A stretch of DNA of 64,000 bases, taken from positions 6,147 to 70,146 of the forward strand of contig DATKBJ010000046.1 in NCBI GenBank assembly GCA_035514135.1, in the 5' to 3' direction. Below the pieces are notes generated by a model. That model did not search any database. It saw only the letters and a list, made by a program, of their open reading frames with translations, and was not told the DNA's origin. Position numbers and translations under genes: made by a program. Of the stretch, positions 27,084 through 36,297 are shown piece after piece (positions within the stretch are counted from its first letter, which is position 1; each line of letters begins with the position of its first letter). The DNA is from Gaiellaceae bacterium. Lineage in GTDB: Bacteria; Actinomycetota; Thermoleophilia; Gaiellales; Gaiellaceae.

Positions 27084-27896
27084 GTGAGAGTGCGACGCCG
27101 CCTCCCGCTCGCGACCTTCGTGGTCACCGCGGCCTGGACGGCGGGTGGGCTCGTCGTCGACCAGCACGTCGGGCACACGGGCCAGCTGGTGCTCGGGATC
27201 CTCACTGCCGTCGTGCTCGCAGTCCTCCTTGCGCTTCATCCTGCGGCCGTCCGCATCCAAACGCTCGCCGTGGTCGTGATCGCGACGCTGGGCGAGATCC
27301 TCGGCTCGCTCGTCTGGGGTCTCTACGCCTACAGCCTCGAGAACCTCCCGGCGTTCGTCGCACCGGGGCACGGGCTCGTGTACCTCGCAGGACTCTCGCT
27401 CGCGACGCTGCTCACGACCAGATCAACCGCGCTGCTCGTCGCGGCCGGCGCCGTGGCGGCCACATGGGGCGTCGCTGGTGTGACGGTGCTGCCTACCCCT
27501 GACGTCTCCGGCACGATCGGTTGCGCGTTCCTCATCGGAGTGCTCGTGTGGGCGCGTCGCCCCGTGTACGCGGGCGTCTTCATGGTCGTCGTCGCGCTCG
27601 AGCTCTACGGCACCGCGCTCGGAACGTGGACCTGGCAACCGAGCGTGCCGGGCCTCGGGCTCTCGCAGGGCAACCCGCCGAGCGGTGTCGCCAGCGGTTA
27701 CGTCGTCTTCGACGTCGTCGCACTGACACTCGTGGCGCGGCTCGGCCTCGCCGCGGCGGTGCTTCAGTCGAGGAGAGGCCGGAGCGAGCCGGCGTCGACG
27801 ACCGCTCCTGCGCGAACCAGCTCACGTGCGGAGTCGACCTTGCCCCACACGTCCCACAGCAGGAACCCGCGCGCCCTGCCGTCGCCGTCGACGTAG
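27084..27896 (+). CDS. Polytopic membrane protein of unknown function
   Basis: About 7 hydrophobic segments. The last approximately 44 codons overlap the convergent oxidoreductase gene. Confidence 0.55.
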   Translation: MRVRRRLPLATFVVTAAWTAGGLVVDQHVGHTGQLVLGILTAVVLAVLLALHPAAVRIQTLAVVVIATLGEILGSLVWGLYAYSLENLPAFVAPGHGLVYLAGLSLATLLTTRSTALLVAAGAVAATWGVAGVTVLPTPDVSGTIGCAFLIGVLVWARRPVYAGVFMVVVALELYGTALGTWTWQPSVPGLGLSQGNPPSGVASGYVVFDVVALTLVARLGLAAAVLQSRRGRSEPASTTAPARTSSRAESTLPHTSHSRNPRALPSPST

Positions 27897-28936
27897 GAAA
27901 CCACGCCCTTGCGGTTGGGCTCGGCCCACTCCTCGACGGTGTCGAGGCGAGAGTCCACGTCGCCGACGGCCTCGTAGCCGAGCTCGAAGAGGTCGGAGTA
28001 GAAGAACGGCAGATGCTCGTAGGGCTGCGTCGCTCCCGCCATGTTCGCGCCGACGAGCCGCCCGTGGGTGTTCGCATGATCCTCGTGCTCGACGCGGCGT
28101 GAGCCGCCGAGATCGGGCGTAGGGAAGCGCGCAACGTCTCCGGCAGCGAACACGTCGTCACGGCCGCCAGCCCGTCCGTACTCATCCACGATCACGCCGT
28201 CGTCGACGTCGAGGCCCACGCTCTCGGCGAGGTCCGTCGCAGGGACGATGCCGAGCCCTGCGACGATCGCGTCCGCGTCGACGGTCGTCCCGCTCTTCGT
28301 CGTCAGCGACCCGTCGCCGACCTTCTCCACGAGCTCCTCCGCGAGCACAACGACGCCCTTCTCCCGGTAGTAGTCGTTCACGAAGGCGGACAGGCCGGCG
28401 GGGAAGAGCCGCGCACCGATGCCCGCCTCTGGAAAGAGCATCGTGACCACGCATCCGTTCGTCGCGAGCGCGGCGGCGAGCTCGGAGCCGATGAAGCCTC
28501 CCCCGACCACGGCAACACGGACTCCGTCACTCGCCAGCTCCCGCAGGCGCCGATAGTCGTCGAGCGTGCGGAAGTAGATGACATCCTCGTCCCCGCCGCC
28601 AGGCAGCCGCCGAGGGGTGCCGCCGGTCGCCAGGAGCAGCTTCTCGTACGAATAGGTCTCCCCAGCGCTGTCAGTGGCACTGCGTGCGTCGAGATCGAGC
28701 GCGACGATGCGGCGACCGGCGTGGACGTCGACACCGAGATCGAGCGTTCCCCGGAAGATCGACGCCTCGTCCTTCCCGCTCCACAGCGCCTTCGAGAGCG
28801 GCGGCCGCACGTACGGCTCGTGCGACTCGGCACCGAAGAGCCCGATCGCACCGTCGTCGTCGTGATCTCGGATCCCCCGACAGGCGGAGTCGCCTGTCAT
28901 CCCCCCGCCGACGATCAAGTACCGGTACGCGCCCAC
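27764..28936 (-). CDS. FAD-dependent pyridine-nucleotide-disulfide oxidoreductase (ferredoxin-reductase / AIF-like)
   Basis: YLIVGGGMTGDSA and VAVVGGGFIGSELAA dinucleotide folds. The GTG at 28936 gives a 390-aa product. The listed upstream extension is Arg-rich junk. Confidence 0.85.
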   Translation of the reverse strand: MGAYRYLIVGGGMTGDSACRGIRDHDDDGAIGLFGAESHEPYVRPPLSKALWSGKDEASIFRGTLDLGVDVHAGRRIVALDLDARSATDSAGETYSYEKLLLATGGTPRRLPGGGDEDVIYFRTLDDYRRLRELASDGVRVAVVGGGFIGSELAAALATNGCVVTMLFPEAGIGARLFPAGLSAFVNDYYREKGVVVLAEELVEKVGDGSLTTKSGTTVDADAIVAGLGIVPATDLAESVGLDVDDGVIVDEYGRAGGRDDVFAAGDVARFPTPDLGGSRRVEHEDHANTHGRLVGANMAGATQPYEHLPFFYSDLFELGYEAVGDVDSRLDTVEEWAEPNRKGVVSYVDGDGRARGFLLWDVWGKVDSARELVRAGAVVDAGSLRPLLD

Positions 28937-28990
28937 CCCGTCGATCGTAGCGGCCGCGGTCAGACGCACGCTGTAGAGTCTCGCGCGGCG

Positions 28991-29983
28991 TTGACCGGAC
29001 TGCGAATACCGGCCATCATCGCGGCGGCTCTCGCTGCGGCGCTCGTCGCGCTTCCTGCGACCGGCGCCGAGCGCCCGGCGACCACCGATCGCGCCGCGAT
29101 CTTCTACTACCCGTGGTACTCGACTCCGACCAGGGACGGGCGGTGGGCGCACTGGTACGTGGAGCACGACGGCGCCGCGGTGCTGTCGACGCCGTACTAC
29201 CCCGCACGCGGGCTCTACTCGTCCTCCAACGCCAAGCTCGTGGCTTCGCAGATGCGCGAGATCGCGAGCGCGGGTGTCGGCACCGTGGTGGTCTCGTGGT
29301 GGGGATTCGACTCACCTGAGCACCAGCGACTGGCGCTCGTCGAGCAGGCGGCGACGCGCTACGGGCTAGAGGTCGCGATCCATCTGGAGCCGTATCGTTC
29401 GCGGACACCAGCGCGCACGGCGGAAGACATCGCTCGACTCAACCGCGAAGGTGGATTCACGGACTTCTATGTCTACGACGCCAGCCGTGACGCCGCGGCC
29501 GACTGGAACGCCGCACTGTCGCCGCTCTCGGGCGTCCGGATCTTCGGACACACGGCGCTGGTCGGGCGCGCGAAGGCGTCCGGGTTCGACGGCCTCTACA
29601 CCTACGACGTCGTCACCTGGAACGGCGCACTCTTCAAGCGCCTGTGCAATCAGGCACATGCTGCCGGCCTCCTGTGCGCACCGTCGGTCGGGCCAGGGTA
29701 TGACGCCAGGCTCGCCACCCGACACCAGGTCGTGCGGCCGCGAAACAACGGGAAGACGTATGACCGGATGTGGAAGACGGCACTTCGCGCCGGCGCGGAC
29801 CTCGTGACGATCACGAGCTACAACGAATGGCAGGAAGGCACGCAGATCGAGCCGGCTCGCGTCGCTGTCGGTAGACCGGATTACGACGGCGACTGGGGCA
29901 AGCGCGCGGTCTCGGCGCAGCGCGCCTACCTCACGGCGACGGCGGTGTGGACAGCGCGCCTTCGCGCGCAGCCGCGTCAGTAG
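28991..29983 (+). CDS. Secreted glycoside hydrolase family 99-like protein
   Basis: TTG start gives signal peptide LTGLRIPAIIAAALAAALVALPATGA. Then AIFYYPWYSTP...WAHW, PARGLYSS, VVVSWWG and ITSYNEWQEGTQIEP, which is the GH99-like signature pattern. Confidence 0.65.
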   Translation: MTGLRIPAIIAAALAAALVALPATGAERPATTDRAAIFYYPWYSTPTRDGRWAHWYVEHDGAAVLSTPYYPARGLYSSSNAKLVASQMREIASAGVGTVVVSWWGFDSPEHQRLALVEQAATRYGLEVAIHLEPYRSRTPARTAEDIARLNREGGFTDFYVYDASRDAAADWNAALSPLSGVRIFGHTALVGRAKASGFDGLYTYDVVTWNGALFKRLCNQAHAAGLLCAPSVGPGYDARLATRHQVVRPRNNGKTYDRMWKTALRAGADLVTITSYNEWQEGTQIEPARVAVGRPDYDGDWGKRAVSAQRAYLTATAVWTARLRAQPRQ

Positions 29984-30573
29984 AGCGCCGTCGCGAGCCG
30001 GCGACGGTAGGCGATCGTCACGGGGTCGTCGTGCCCGAGATCGTGGAAGACGGCGAGGGCGAGCTCACGGAGCCTCTCCCGGCGCTCGGGTGAGGCATCG
30101 GCGATCTCCTCGAGCACGAGGTCGAGCGCCCGCTCCGGGTCGTCGGCCTCGAGAGCCTCGCGCACCGCCGGTAGCTCGCCACTCGCTCGGAGCTCCTCGA
30201 TCACGCCGCTCACACGCGGCGGCGCGAGGAGCTCGTCGAGGAACGACGCCACCGCAGCCGGCGAGCGTGCCCCGACGAACTCCGAGACAACGTGACCGTC
30301 CTTGAACGCTTTTACGGCCGGGATGCCCTGTACCCGGAACGTCGCCGCGAGGCCTGGATTCGCATCGACGTCGACCTTTGCCAGGACGACCGAGCCTTCC
30401 AGCGCCCCGATCTGCTCCTCCAACACGGGGGTGAGTGCCCGACACGGGCCACACCAGGCGGCCCAGAAGTCGACCACGACGGGGATTTCTCGCGAGCGCG
30501 CGATCACGTCGGTCTCGAATGTCGTCTCGGTGACGTCCACGTCCCTCGAAACGAGCGGAGCGCCGCTCGTCAT
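29977..30573 (-). CDS. Thioredoxin-domain protein with YbbN/CnoX-like C-terminal helical domain
   Basis: VVDFWAAWCGPCRALTP active site. The C-terminus ...AVFHDLGHDDPVTIAYRRRLATALY is typical of YbbN-like proteins. The ATG overlaps the upstream stop (ATGA). Confidence 0.85.
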   Translation of the reverse strand: MTSGAPLVSRDVDVTETTFETDVIARSREIPVVVDFWAAWCGPCRALTPVLEEQIGALEGSVVLAKVDVDANPGLAATFRVQGIPAVKAFKDGHVVSEFVGARSPAAVASFLDELLAPPRVSGVIEELRASGELPAVREALEADDPERALDLVLEEIADASPERRERLRELALAVFHDLGHDDPVTIAYRRRLATALY

Positions 30574-31586
30574 CCCTCCGAGACGACGACGTCGGCCCCG
30601 CACCCTGCGACGAGGGCGCCCCGGACGTGCTGCTGGTCGACGCCGCGCAGAGAGCGATGCCCGAGGTCGACGGCGATGTCAGACCACTCCTCGAGCCCGA
30701 GTGAGCGCGCGCCGACCTCTCCACCGAATGCGTAGAGCTCGTCGGTCGAGAAGACACCACGCCGACCGGTCTGACGCCGTGCAATGCCCTCGAGCTCGCG
30801 GACCTCCTCGAACGGGTCGACCCGGACGTTCGAGTCGGAGCCGATGCAGAGCGGAATCCCACGCGTGCGGATGCGCTCGGCGGGCAGGAAGCCGTCGCCG
30901 AGATCGGCCTCGGTCGTAGGGCACGCACACACGATCGCGCCCGACGATGCGAGGAGATCGAGCTCCGCACCGTCGGCGTGGGTCGCGTGAACGACAGTCG
31001 CGCGCTCGGTGAGGCAGCCTGTCCGCGCGAGGAGCTCGATCGGCCGGCAGCCGTGCTCGACGAGGCACTCCTCGATCTCCTTCGGCTGCTCGTCGGCGTG
31101 CACATGGAGGGGAAGCTCGTGCTCGCTCGCGTACCGGGCGATCTCCTCGAGCCAGTCGGCCGGGCAGGCACGCACGGAGTGGGGTGCGACACCGACACGC
31201 ACACCGGCCTCGAGGAGCTGTTCCACCTGCTCGAGGTACTCGCGCACCGTCCCCTGACGGAAGCGCGAGATCCCGCCGCGGGCGTATGCCACATGAAGAA
31301 GCACGAGCTCGATCCCGGCCGCCTCCGCCGCAGCGACGGCCGCGCGCGCCTCGGGCAGACCGATGTAGTGGAACTCGCCCACAGCTGTGTACCCGGCCGC
31401 GAGCATCTCGCGATAGCCCAGCTCGTACTCCGCGCGCACGTAGTCGGGTGTCTGTCGGTCGGCCTCGGCGAGCATCACCTCGCGCCACGCCCAGAAGTCC
31501 CCTCCGGCGGCGCGGCCGCGGAGCGCGCGCTGGAACGTATGGCTGTGCGCGTTCACGAAGCCCGGGAGACGCATCGTGCCCGCCAC
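30570..31586 (-). CDS. Amidohydrolase-superfamily protein (formimidoylglutamate-deiminase / aminohydrolase-like, short form)
   Basis: GFVNAHSHTFQRALRGR metal-binding HxH start, HVHADEQ, and a late H and D (VVHATH ... GSDSN). Confidence 0.75.
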   Translation of the reverse strand: MAGTMRLPGFVNAHSHTFQRALRGRAAGGDFWAWREVMLAEADRQTPDYVRAEYELGYREMLAAGYTAVGEFHYIGLPEARAAVAAAEAAGIELVLLHVAYARGGISRFRQGTVREYLEQVEQLLEAGVRVGVAPHSVRACPADWLEEIARYASEHELPLHVHADEQPKEIEECLVEHGCRPIELLARTGCLTERATVVHATHADGAELDLLASSGAIVCACPTTEADLGDGFLPAERIRTRGIPLCIGSDSNVRVDPFEEVRELEGIARRQTGRRGVFSTDELYAFGGEVGARSLGLEEWSDIAVDLGHRSLRGVDQQHVRGALVAGCGADVVVSEG

Positions 31587-31645
31587 GCGCGCGACGCTAG
31601 CAGCGCTCAGCCCTGCGGGCTGAGCGGTAGAACGTCATAGGGTTC

Positions 31646-32224
31646 GTGCCTATGACGTGGACGGCGATCCGCCGCTCGATCCCGAATGCGCTGACGATCG
31701 CGCGCTTCGCTGCGATCCCGGTTTTCGTCTGGCTCTACCTGGAAGCCGGCGACGCAGCGGCGTGGGCGGCCGGGATCTTCTTCGCGGCCGCCGCGCTCAC
31801 CGATCAGCTCGACGGGTACCTCGCGCGGCGCTGGCACGTGGAGTCGCGTTTCGGGAAGGTCGCGGATCCGCTCGCTGACCGGCTCATGATCGGCACCGCG
31901 GCGATCCTCATGCTCGCGACCGGCAGGATCCCACTTTTCGCGGCTCTTGTCATCCTGGGACGCGACGTGATCCTCGTGCTCGGCTATCGACTCCTCGCAC
32001 CAGGCGGCTACGACCTGGAGGTCACGTTCTTGGGAAAGACCGCGACGTGGGTGCTCTACGCGTCCCTCGGCTTCGTCCTCGTGACCGACGAGGGCACGAC
32101 GTGGCCACTCGTGCTGCTCTGGATCGGCATCGCCCTCTCCCTCGCGGCAGGAGCCCAGTACGCGCTGCGCGCCTGGCGCGAGACACGCGGCGGGAGGGAC
32201 TCTCGACTCGAGCGCGAACCTTGA
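31646..32224 (+). CDS. pgsA: CDP-diacylglycerol--glycerol-3-phosphate 3-phosphatidyltransferase
   Basis: IPNALTIARF, and the CDP-alcohol phosphatidyltransferase motif DQLDGYLARRW...GKVADPLADR. Confidence 0.85.
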   Translation: MPMTWTAIRRSIPNALTIARFAAIPVFVWLYLEAGDAAAWAAGIFFAAAALTDQLDGYLARRWHVESRFGKVADPLADRLMIGTAAILMLATGRIPLFAALVILGRDVILVLGYRLLAPGGYDLEVTFLGKTATWVLYASLGFVLVTDEGTTWPLVLLWIGIALSLAAGAQYALRAWRETRGGRDSRLEREP

Positions 32225-32308
32225 GGAGGGTCTAAAGTCTCAACTTGAGGTTGACCCCTCTCCGCGACTGTTGCTTTACTCACGAAGACCCTCGAGGAAA
32301 GGCGGCCG

Positions 32309-32557
32309 GTGGAAGCACTTCCTGATCTCTCGACCCTGACCGACGACGACTTGCGCGGGATGATCCGCGAGCTCGAGACCGAGGAGGACGAGGTGTCGTT
32401 TCGGCGTCGCATCCTGCACGGTCGCATCGACATCCTCCGCGCGGAGCTCGTCGCGCGCCTGCGCGAGCAGGTCAGCGCAGGGGAGGCCCAGCTCGCCGAC
32501 GTCGGGCGCCTGAGCGAGATCCTCACCGCGAAGGCCGCTCCGACGGACGAGACGTGA
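32309..32557 (+). CDS. 82-aa coiled-coil protein with an RsiG-like E-x3-S-x2-R-x3-(Q/H)-x3-D motif
   Basis: EDEVSFRRRILHGRID (E26, S30, R33, H37, D41). Its stop overlaps the FHA gene start. Confidence 0.6.
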   Translation: MEALPDLSTLTDDDLRGMIRELETEEDEVSFRRRILHGRIDILRAELVARLREQVSAGEAQLADVGRLSEILTAKAAPTDET

Positions 32558-33015
32558 GCCACACGTACTGCCCGGAGTGCGGCTTCCAGAACCCGGAAGC
32601 GTCGAGCTACTGCTCACGCTGCGGTGCGCTGCTGGCCGTGGAGACCGGATCGGAGACGACGATGAGCTTCGACATGGCAGAAGACGGCGACGAGGTCGAC
32701 CTCCTCGAGGCCCTCGGGATCAGCGGGCCCGCTCTCGTCGTGCGGTCGGGCGGCGGCATGGCCGGCCAGTCCTTCCAGCCCGACGAAGGGAGGACGCTCA
32801 TCGGACGATCGCCCGAGTGCCAGGTCTTCCTCGACGACGTGACCGTCTCCCGGCGGCATGCCGAGCTCGCGCGGGACGGGGACACGTTCTCGATCCGCGA
32901 TCTCGGCAGCCTCAACGGAACCTATGTGAATCGCCGGCGCATCGAGTCCGTCGTCCTCGAGGACGACGACGAGGTGCAGATCGGCAAGTACCGGCTGACC
33001 TTCCTGCAGCGATGA
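32554..33015 (+). CDS. Zinc-ribbon + FHA domain protein (GarA/OdhI-neighbourhood type)
   Basis: YCPECGFQNPEASSYCSRCG, followed by an FHA core: IGRSPECQVFLDDVTVSRRHAEL ... LGSLNGTYVN. Confidence 0.85.
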   Translation: MSHTYCPECGFQNPEASSYCSRCGALLAVETGSETTMSFDMAEDGDEVDLLEALGISGPALVVRSGGGMAGQSFQPDEGRTLIGRSPECQVFLDDVTVSRRHAELARDGDTFSIRDLGSLNGTYVNRRRIESVVLEDDDEVQIGKYRLTFLQR

Positions 33016-33725
33016 GCACGGTCGCAGCACGACGGGAGCGGGGCGGGGCGGAGCCGCGGCTGCGAACGATCGGGTCGGTGTGCGAGGAGCTCCGCGAGCA
33101 GTTCCCGGACATCTCCGTCTCGAAGATCCGCTACCTCGAGGATCAGGGCCTGATCTCGCCGCGGCGCACGCGAGGCGGGTATCGGCTGTTCGCGCCGGAT
33201 GACATCGAGCGGCTCACGACGATCCTGAAGCTGCAACGCGACGAGTTCCTGCCGCTGCGCGTGATCCGCGAGGAGCTCGACGGTCCCGGCGCTTCGGCTG
33301 ACAGGACGCGCCGGCGCAGCGTCGGAGTCCTCGGGAACGAGGACGAGATCGACGAGGCCGAGCTCTGCGAACGGGCGTCGGTGCCGCCCGATCTCGTCCG
33401 CCAGCTCGAGGAGTACGGTCTGCTTCAGTCGCGCACGGAGGGCGGCGAACGCCTCTACCAAGAGAGCGAGGCCGACGTCGCCGCCGCCTGTGCACGCCTC
33501 GCACGGTTCGGTATCGACGCGCGACATCTCCGGACGTTCCTGACGGGCGCGGGGCGCCAGGCAGCGCTCGTCGAGCAGCTCGTGGCGCCCGGATTGCGTG
33601 CGCGCAATCCCCAGCGCCGCAAGGATGCCCTCGACGACCTCGAGGCCCTCTCTCGTGTCGCGCAGGAGCTGTCGCACCTCCTGCTCGTCCGCGAGCTCCG
33701 CGCGACCGTCGAAAGGACGTCATGA
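33012..33725 (+). CDS. MerR-family transcriptional regulator (FtsR / Rv1828-like)
   Basis: RTIGSVCEELREQFPDISVSKIRYLEDQGLISPRRTRGGYRLFAPDDIERL. The ATG at 33012 overlaps the FHA stop (ATGA). Confidence 0.85.
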   Translation: MSTVAARRERGGAEPRLRTIGSVCEELREQFPDISVSKIRYLEDQGLISPRRTRGGYRLFAPDDIERLTTILKLQRDEFLPLRVIREELDGPGASADRTRRRSVGVLGNEDEIDEAELCERASVPPDLVRQLEEYGLLQSRTEGGERLYQESEADVAAACARLARFGIDARHLRTFLTGAGRQAALVEQLVAPGLRARNPQRRKDALDDLEALSRVAQELSHLLLVRELRATVERTS

Positions 33726-34246
33726 CCACCCTCGACCTCCGAGACCGGATCCGCGACGTCCCGGACTTCCCGACCGAAGGTGTCGTCTTCAAGGACCTCA
33801 TGCCGCTCATCGCCGATCCCGCGTATTTTGCGGAGACGATCCGACGGCTCGCGGAGTGGGCGCACCAGCGCGAGCCGGCGCTCGTGGTCGGAGCGGAGGC
33901 GCGTGGCTTCATCTTCGGATCGGCGCTCGCCTACGCGCTCGGCGCCGGGTTCATTGCCGCGCGCAAGCCCGGCAAGCTCCCGCGCGAGACCATCGAGGCG
34001 ACATACGCGCTCGAGTACGGCACCGACATCCTCCAGGTGCATCGCGATGCCGTTTCGGTCGGCGCGCGGGTCGTCGTCGTCGACGACGTGCTCGCGACGG
34101 GTGGTACATCCAGGGCGAAATGTGAGTTGGTCGAGAGTCTCGGTGGTGTCGTCGCAGGTGTCCTGTTCGTCATCGAGCTCGACTTCCTGCACGGCCGCGA
34201 CAAGCTCGCGGGCTACGACGTGCACTCGCTGGTTCGCTACTCGTAG
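33722..34246 (+). CDS. apt: Adenine phosphoribosyltransferase
   Basis: IRDVPDFPTEGVVFKDLMPL and the PRPP loop VVVVDDVLATGGT. ATGA overlap with the merR-like gene. Confidence 0.9.
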   Translation: MTTLDLRDRIRDVPDFPTEGVVFKDLMPLIADPAYFAETIRRLAEWAHQREPALVVGAEARGFIFGSALAYALGAGFIAARKPGKLPRETIEATYALEYGTDILQVHRDAVSVGARVVVVDDVLATGGTSRAKCELVESLGGVVAGVLFVIELDFLHGRDKLAGYDVHSLVRYS

Positions 34247-34589
34247 CGCGCAAGACCGGAACCGCGGCGTGGAGCAATGGGCACGTGCTCCGTCCGGGGC
34301 TGGGACTACAACGCGAGCATGTCCCGCCACCCAAGTTCACTCCCGCCAGGGATCCCCGGATCGGGATGCACGGCCGATGCGGGTTCCATGAGTGCCGCCG
34401 TTCTTATGAAGGTCGCCCCTGCCGCCTCCCATCGGATCCTGGCTGACGCCAGCGCTCTGGTCGGGAAAGAGGGGATGCCGAAACAACCAGCGCTCGACCG
34501 CCTCGAACAGGCGATCGGCCGCGACTTCGCCGACCGGCTCGTCGCCGCCCTGAGCGACAAGTCGGGCGACACTCGGCGTTGAGCTCGCT

Positions 34590-34787
34590 CTAGCCGGTTC
34601 GAGGCGCATCGCCGCCGCGCGTGCGCACGAACAGGAAGATCGCGCCGGCGACGACGAGCGAGAGCACGAAGGCGATCCCGCCGGGAACGTCGATGGCCAG
34701 CGCCCCGAGCCACATGAAGAGGAAGAACACGAAAGACCAGACGAAGGCCTGAACGCCCTGGTCGATGCTCGGAACGCGGAGATGCAT
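34590..34787 (-). CDS. Small two-TM membrane protein
   Basis: MHLRVPSIDQGVQAFVWSFVFFLFMWLGALAIDVPGGIAFVLSLVVAGAIFLFV. Confidence 0.4.
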   Translation of the reverse strand: MHLRVPSIDQGVQAFVWSFVFFLFMWLGALAIDVPGGIAFVLSLVVAGAIFLFVRTRGGDAPRTG

Positions 34788-35045
34788 CGCGCCGGATCCT
34801 ACATTCGACACCGGACCAAGAATTCACCGAGCCGGTTGCGCTTTCGTCCACTCGACCCGCTGACCGTCCGCTTCCGCGTAGAGCCTGCGAGCTGAGCTTC
34901 AACCTAGTTGCGCTCCGTGCTCGGTGCACTCGGGAAGCTATGGGACATGGCTACCGGGGTCAAGCGGCTCGTTCACCGGTTTGCCGCAATTTGCGCGTGT
35001 TTTCTTCTCCCGGGCGGGACGGCGGCCGGAACGTAGGATCCCGCC

Positions 35046-35984
35046 GTGCGCCGCTCCGTCGTGTTCACTGTCGCGAGTGCGGCGCTCGGCCTCGCCGTCG
35101 TCCTCACGCTCGTGGGAGTGGGGGACGATCCCGACGCGCTCACGAACGGGCAGGCGCTCGTCCTGGGCATCGTCCAGGGCCTCACCGAACTTCTACCGAT
35201 CTCGTCGTCCGGCCACCTGATCCTCGTGCCGTGGGCAGCGGAGTGGACGTACCTCGAGCAGAACGCCCGCTTCAACCAGACATTCGACGTCGCGCTCCAC
35301 CTCGGCACGCTCGTTGCGGTCGTCGCGTACTTCTGGGGCGACATCGTGCGGCTCGTGCGCGCGTGGCTCGGCTCCGTCGGAAACAGAAGAATCGAGTCCG
35401 CGGACGAGAGGATCGCCTGGTTCGTGCTCGTGGCGACGATCCCGGCCGGTGTCGTGGGGGTCCTCGGCGCGGACTCCATCGCGGACAACCTCGGTGAGCC
35501 GTGGCAGATACTCATCCTGCTCGCCGCCGGTGGGCTCCTGCTGCTGTGGGCCGACCGCTCGCCGCAGACGCGCACGATCGGCGACCTGGGCTTGGGCAAC
35601 GCCCTCGTCATGGGAGTCGCGCAGTCGCTCGCGCTCGCGCCGGGCGTCTCGCGCTCGGGAATCACGATCACCGCGGGCCGGTTCCTGAAGCTCGACCGTG
35701 ACAGCGCCGCGCGCTTCTCGTTCCTCCTGCTCGTTCCGACCGTTCTCGGTGCGGTGCTCCTGAAAGGGGCACAGGACGTCGTCCTCGGCGAGCTGCCCGA
35801 CGGCTGGACGGGCCCGTTCCTCGTAGGCACGCTCGCAGCACTCGGAAGCGGCCTGCTGGCGATCCAGTGGCTCCTCGACTACGTCCGCCGCCGCACGTAC
35901 GGGATCTTCGTCGTGTACCGGCTGATCGTCGCAACTCTCGTCCTGCTTGCGATCGTCGGCGGCGTGCGCGACGCCACCTTCTAG
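35046..35984 (+). CDS. uppP: Undecaprenyl-diphosphate phosphatase
   Basis: GIVQGLTELLPISSSGHLIL and the later SRSGITI motif. Confidence 0.9.
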   Translation: MRRSVVFTVASAALGLAVVLTLVGVGDDPDALTNGQALVLGIVQGLTELLPISSSGHLILVPWAAEWTYLEQNARFNQTFDVALHLGTLVAVVAYFWGDIVRLVRAWLGSVGNRRIESADERIAWFVLVATIPAGVVGVLGADSIADNLGEPWQILILLAAGGLLLLWADRSPQTRTIGDLGLGNALVMGVAQSLALAPGVSRSGITITAGRFLKLDRDSAARFSFLLLVPTVLGAVLLKGAQDVVLGELPDGWTGPFLVGTLAALGSGLLAIQWLLDYVRRRTYGIFVVYRLIVATLVLLAIVGGVRDATF

Positions 35985-36100
35985 CTCAACGCACGAGAAT
36001 CGGCGTTATGTCAAGTTGGAGGAGAAGCACAGACTTACCGCCCCTCCCCGACGCGCTAAGGTTTGCGGGCAGCGCTCGTCTACCTGAGGGGGTGTCGGTC

Positions 36101-36187
36101 ATGCTGGCCAGGAGCGTTCGAGTGTTTCTTCTGCTCGTGACAGGTCTCGCGGTCCTAACGGTCGTTTTCCTGGTCGCGACCGCCTAA
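36101..36187 (+). CDS. Candidate 28-aa hydrophobic peptide upstream of the sigma factor gene
   Basis: MLARSVRVFLLLVTGLAVLTVVFLVATA, preceded by GAGGGGGTGTCGGTC. Confidence 0.3.
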   Translation: MLARSVRVFLLLVTGLAVLTVVFLVATA

Positions 36188-36297
36188 GACCGCCTGACCC
36201 AGTCGGGGGAAATCTTCGCTGTACCCCTAGACACGAGGCCGCGAAAGCGAGAGATTGTCAGCTACCGCACTCTTCCGCGCTCGTTCCCCGCCGCGCC

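Noticed and set aside
32241-32282. CTCAAcTTGAG inverted repeat next to a TTGACC -35-like hexamer upstream of the RsiG-like/FHA/MerR operon (possible MerR-type promoter)
   Set aside because: I could not find a convincing -10 hexamer at the 19-20 nt spacing expected for MerR promoters. The arms are only 5 bp.
34277-34582. 101-aa ORF downstream of apt
   Set aside because: It has no motifs, no SD and compositionally odd translation. The region may be a UTR or a small RNA, but I cannot support either.
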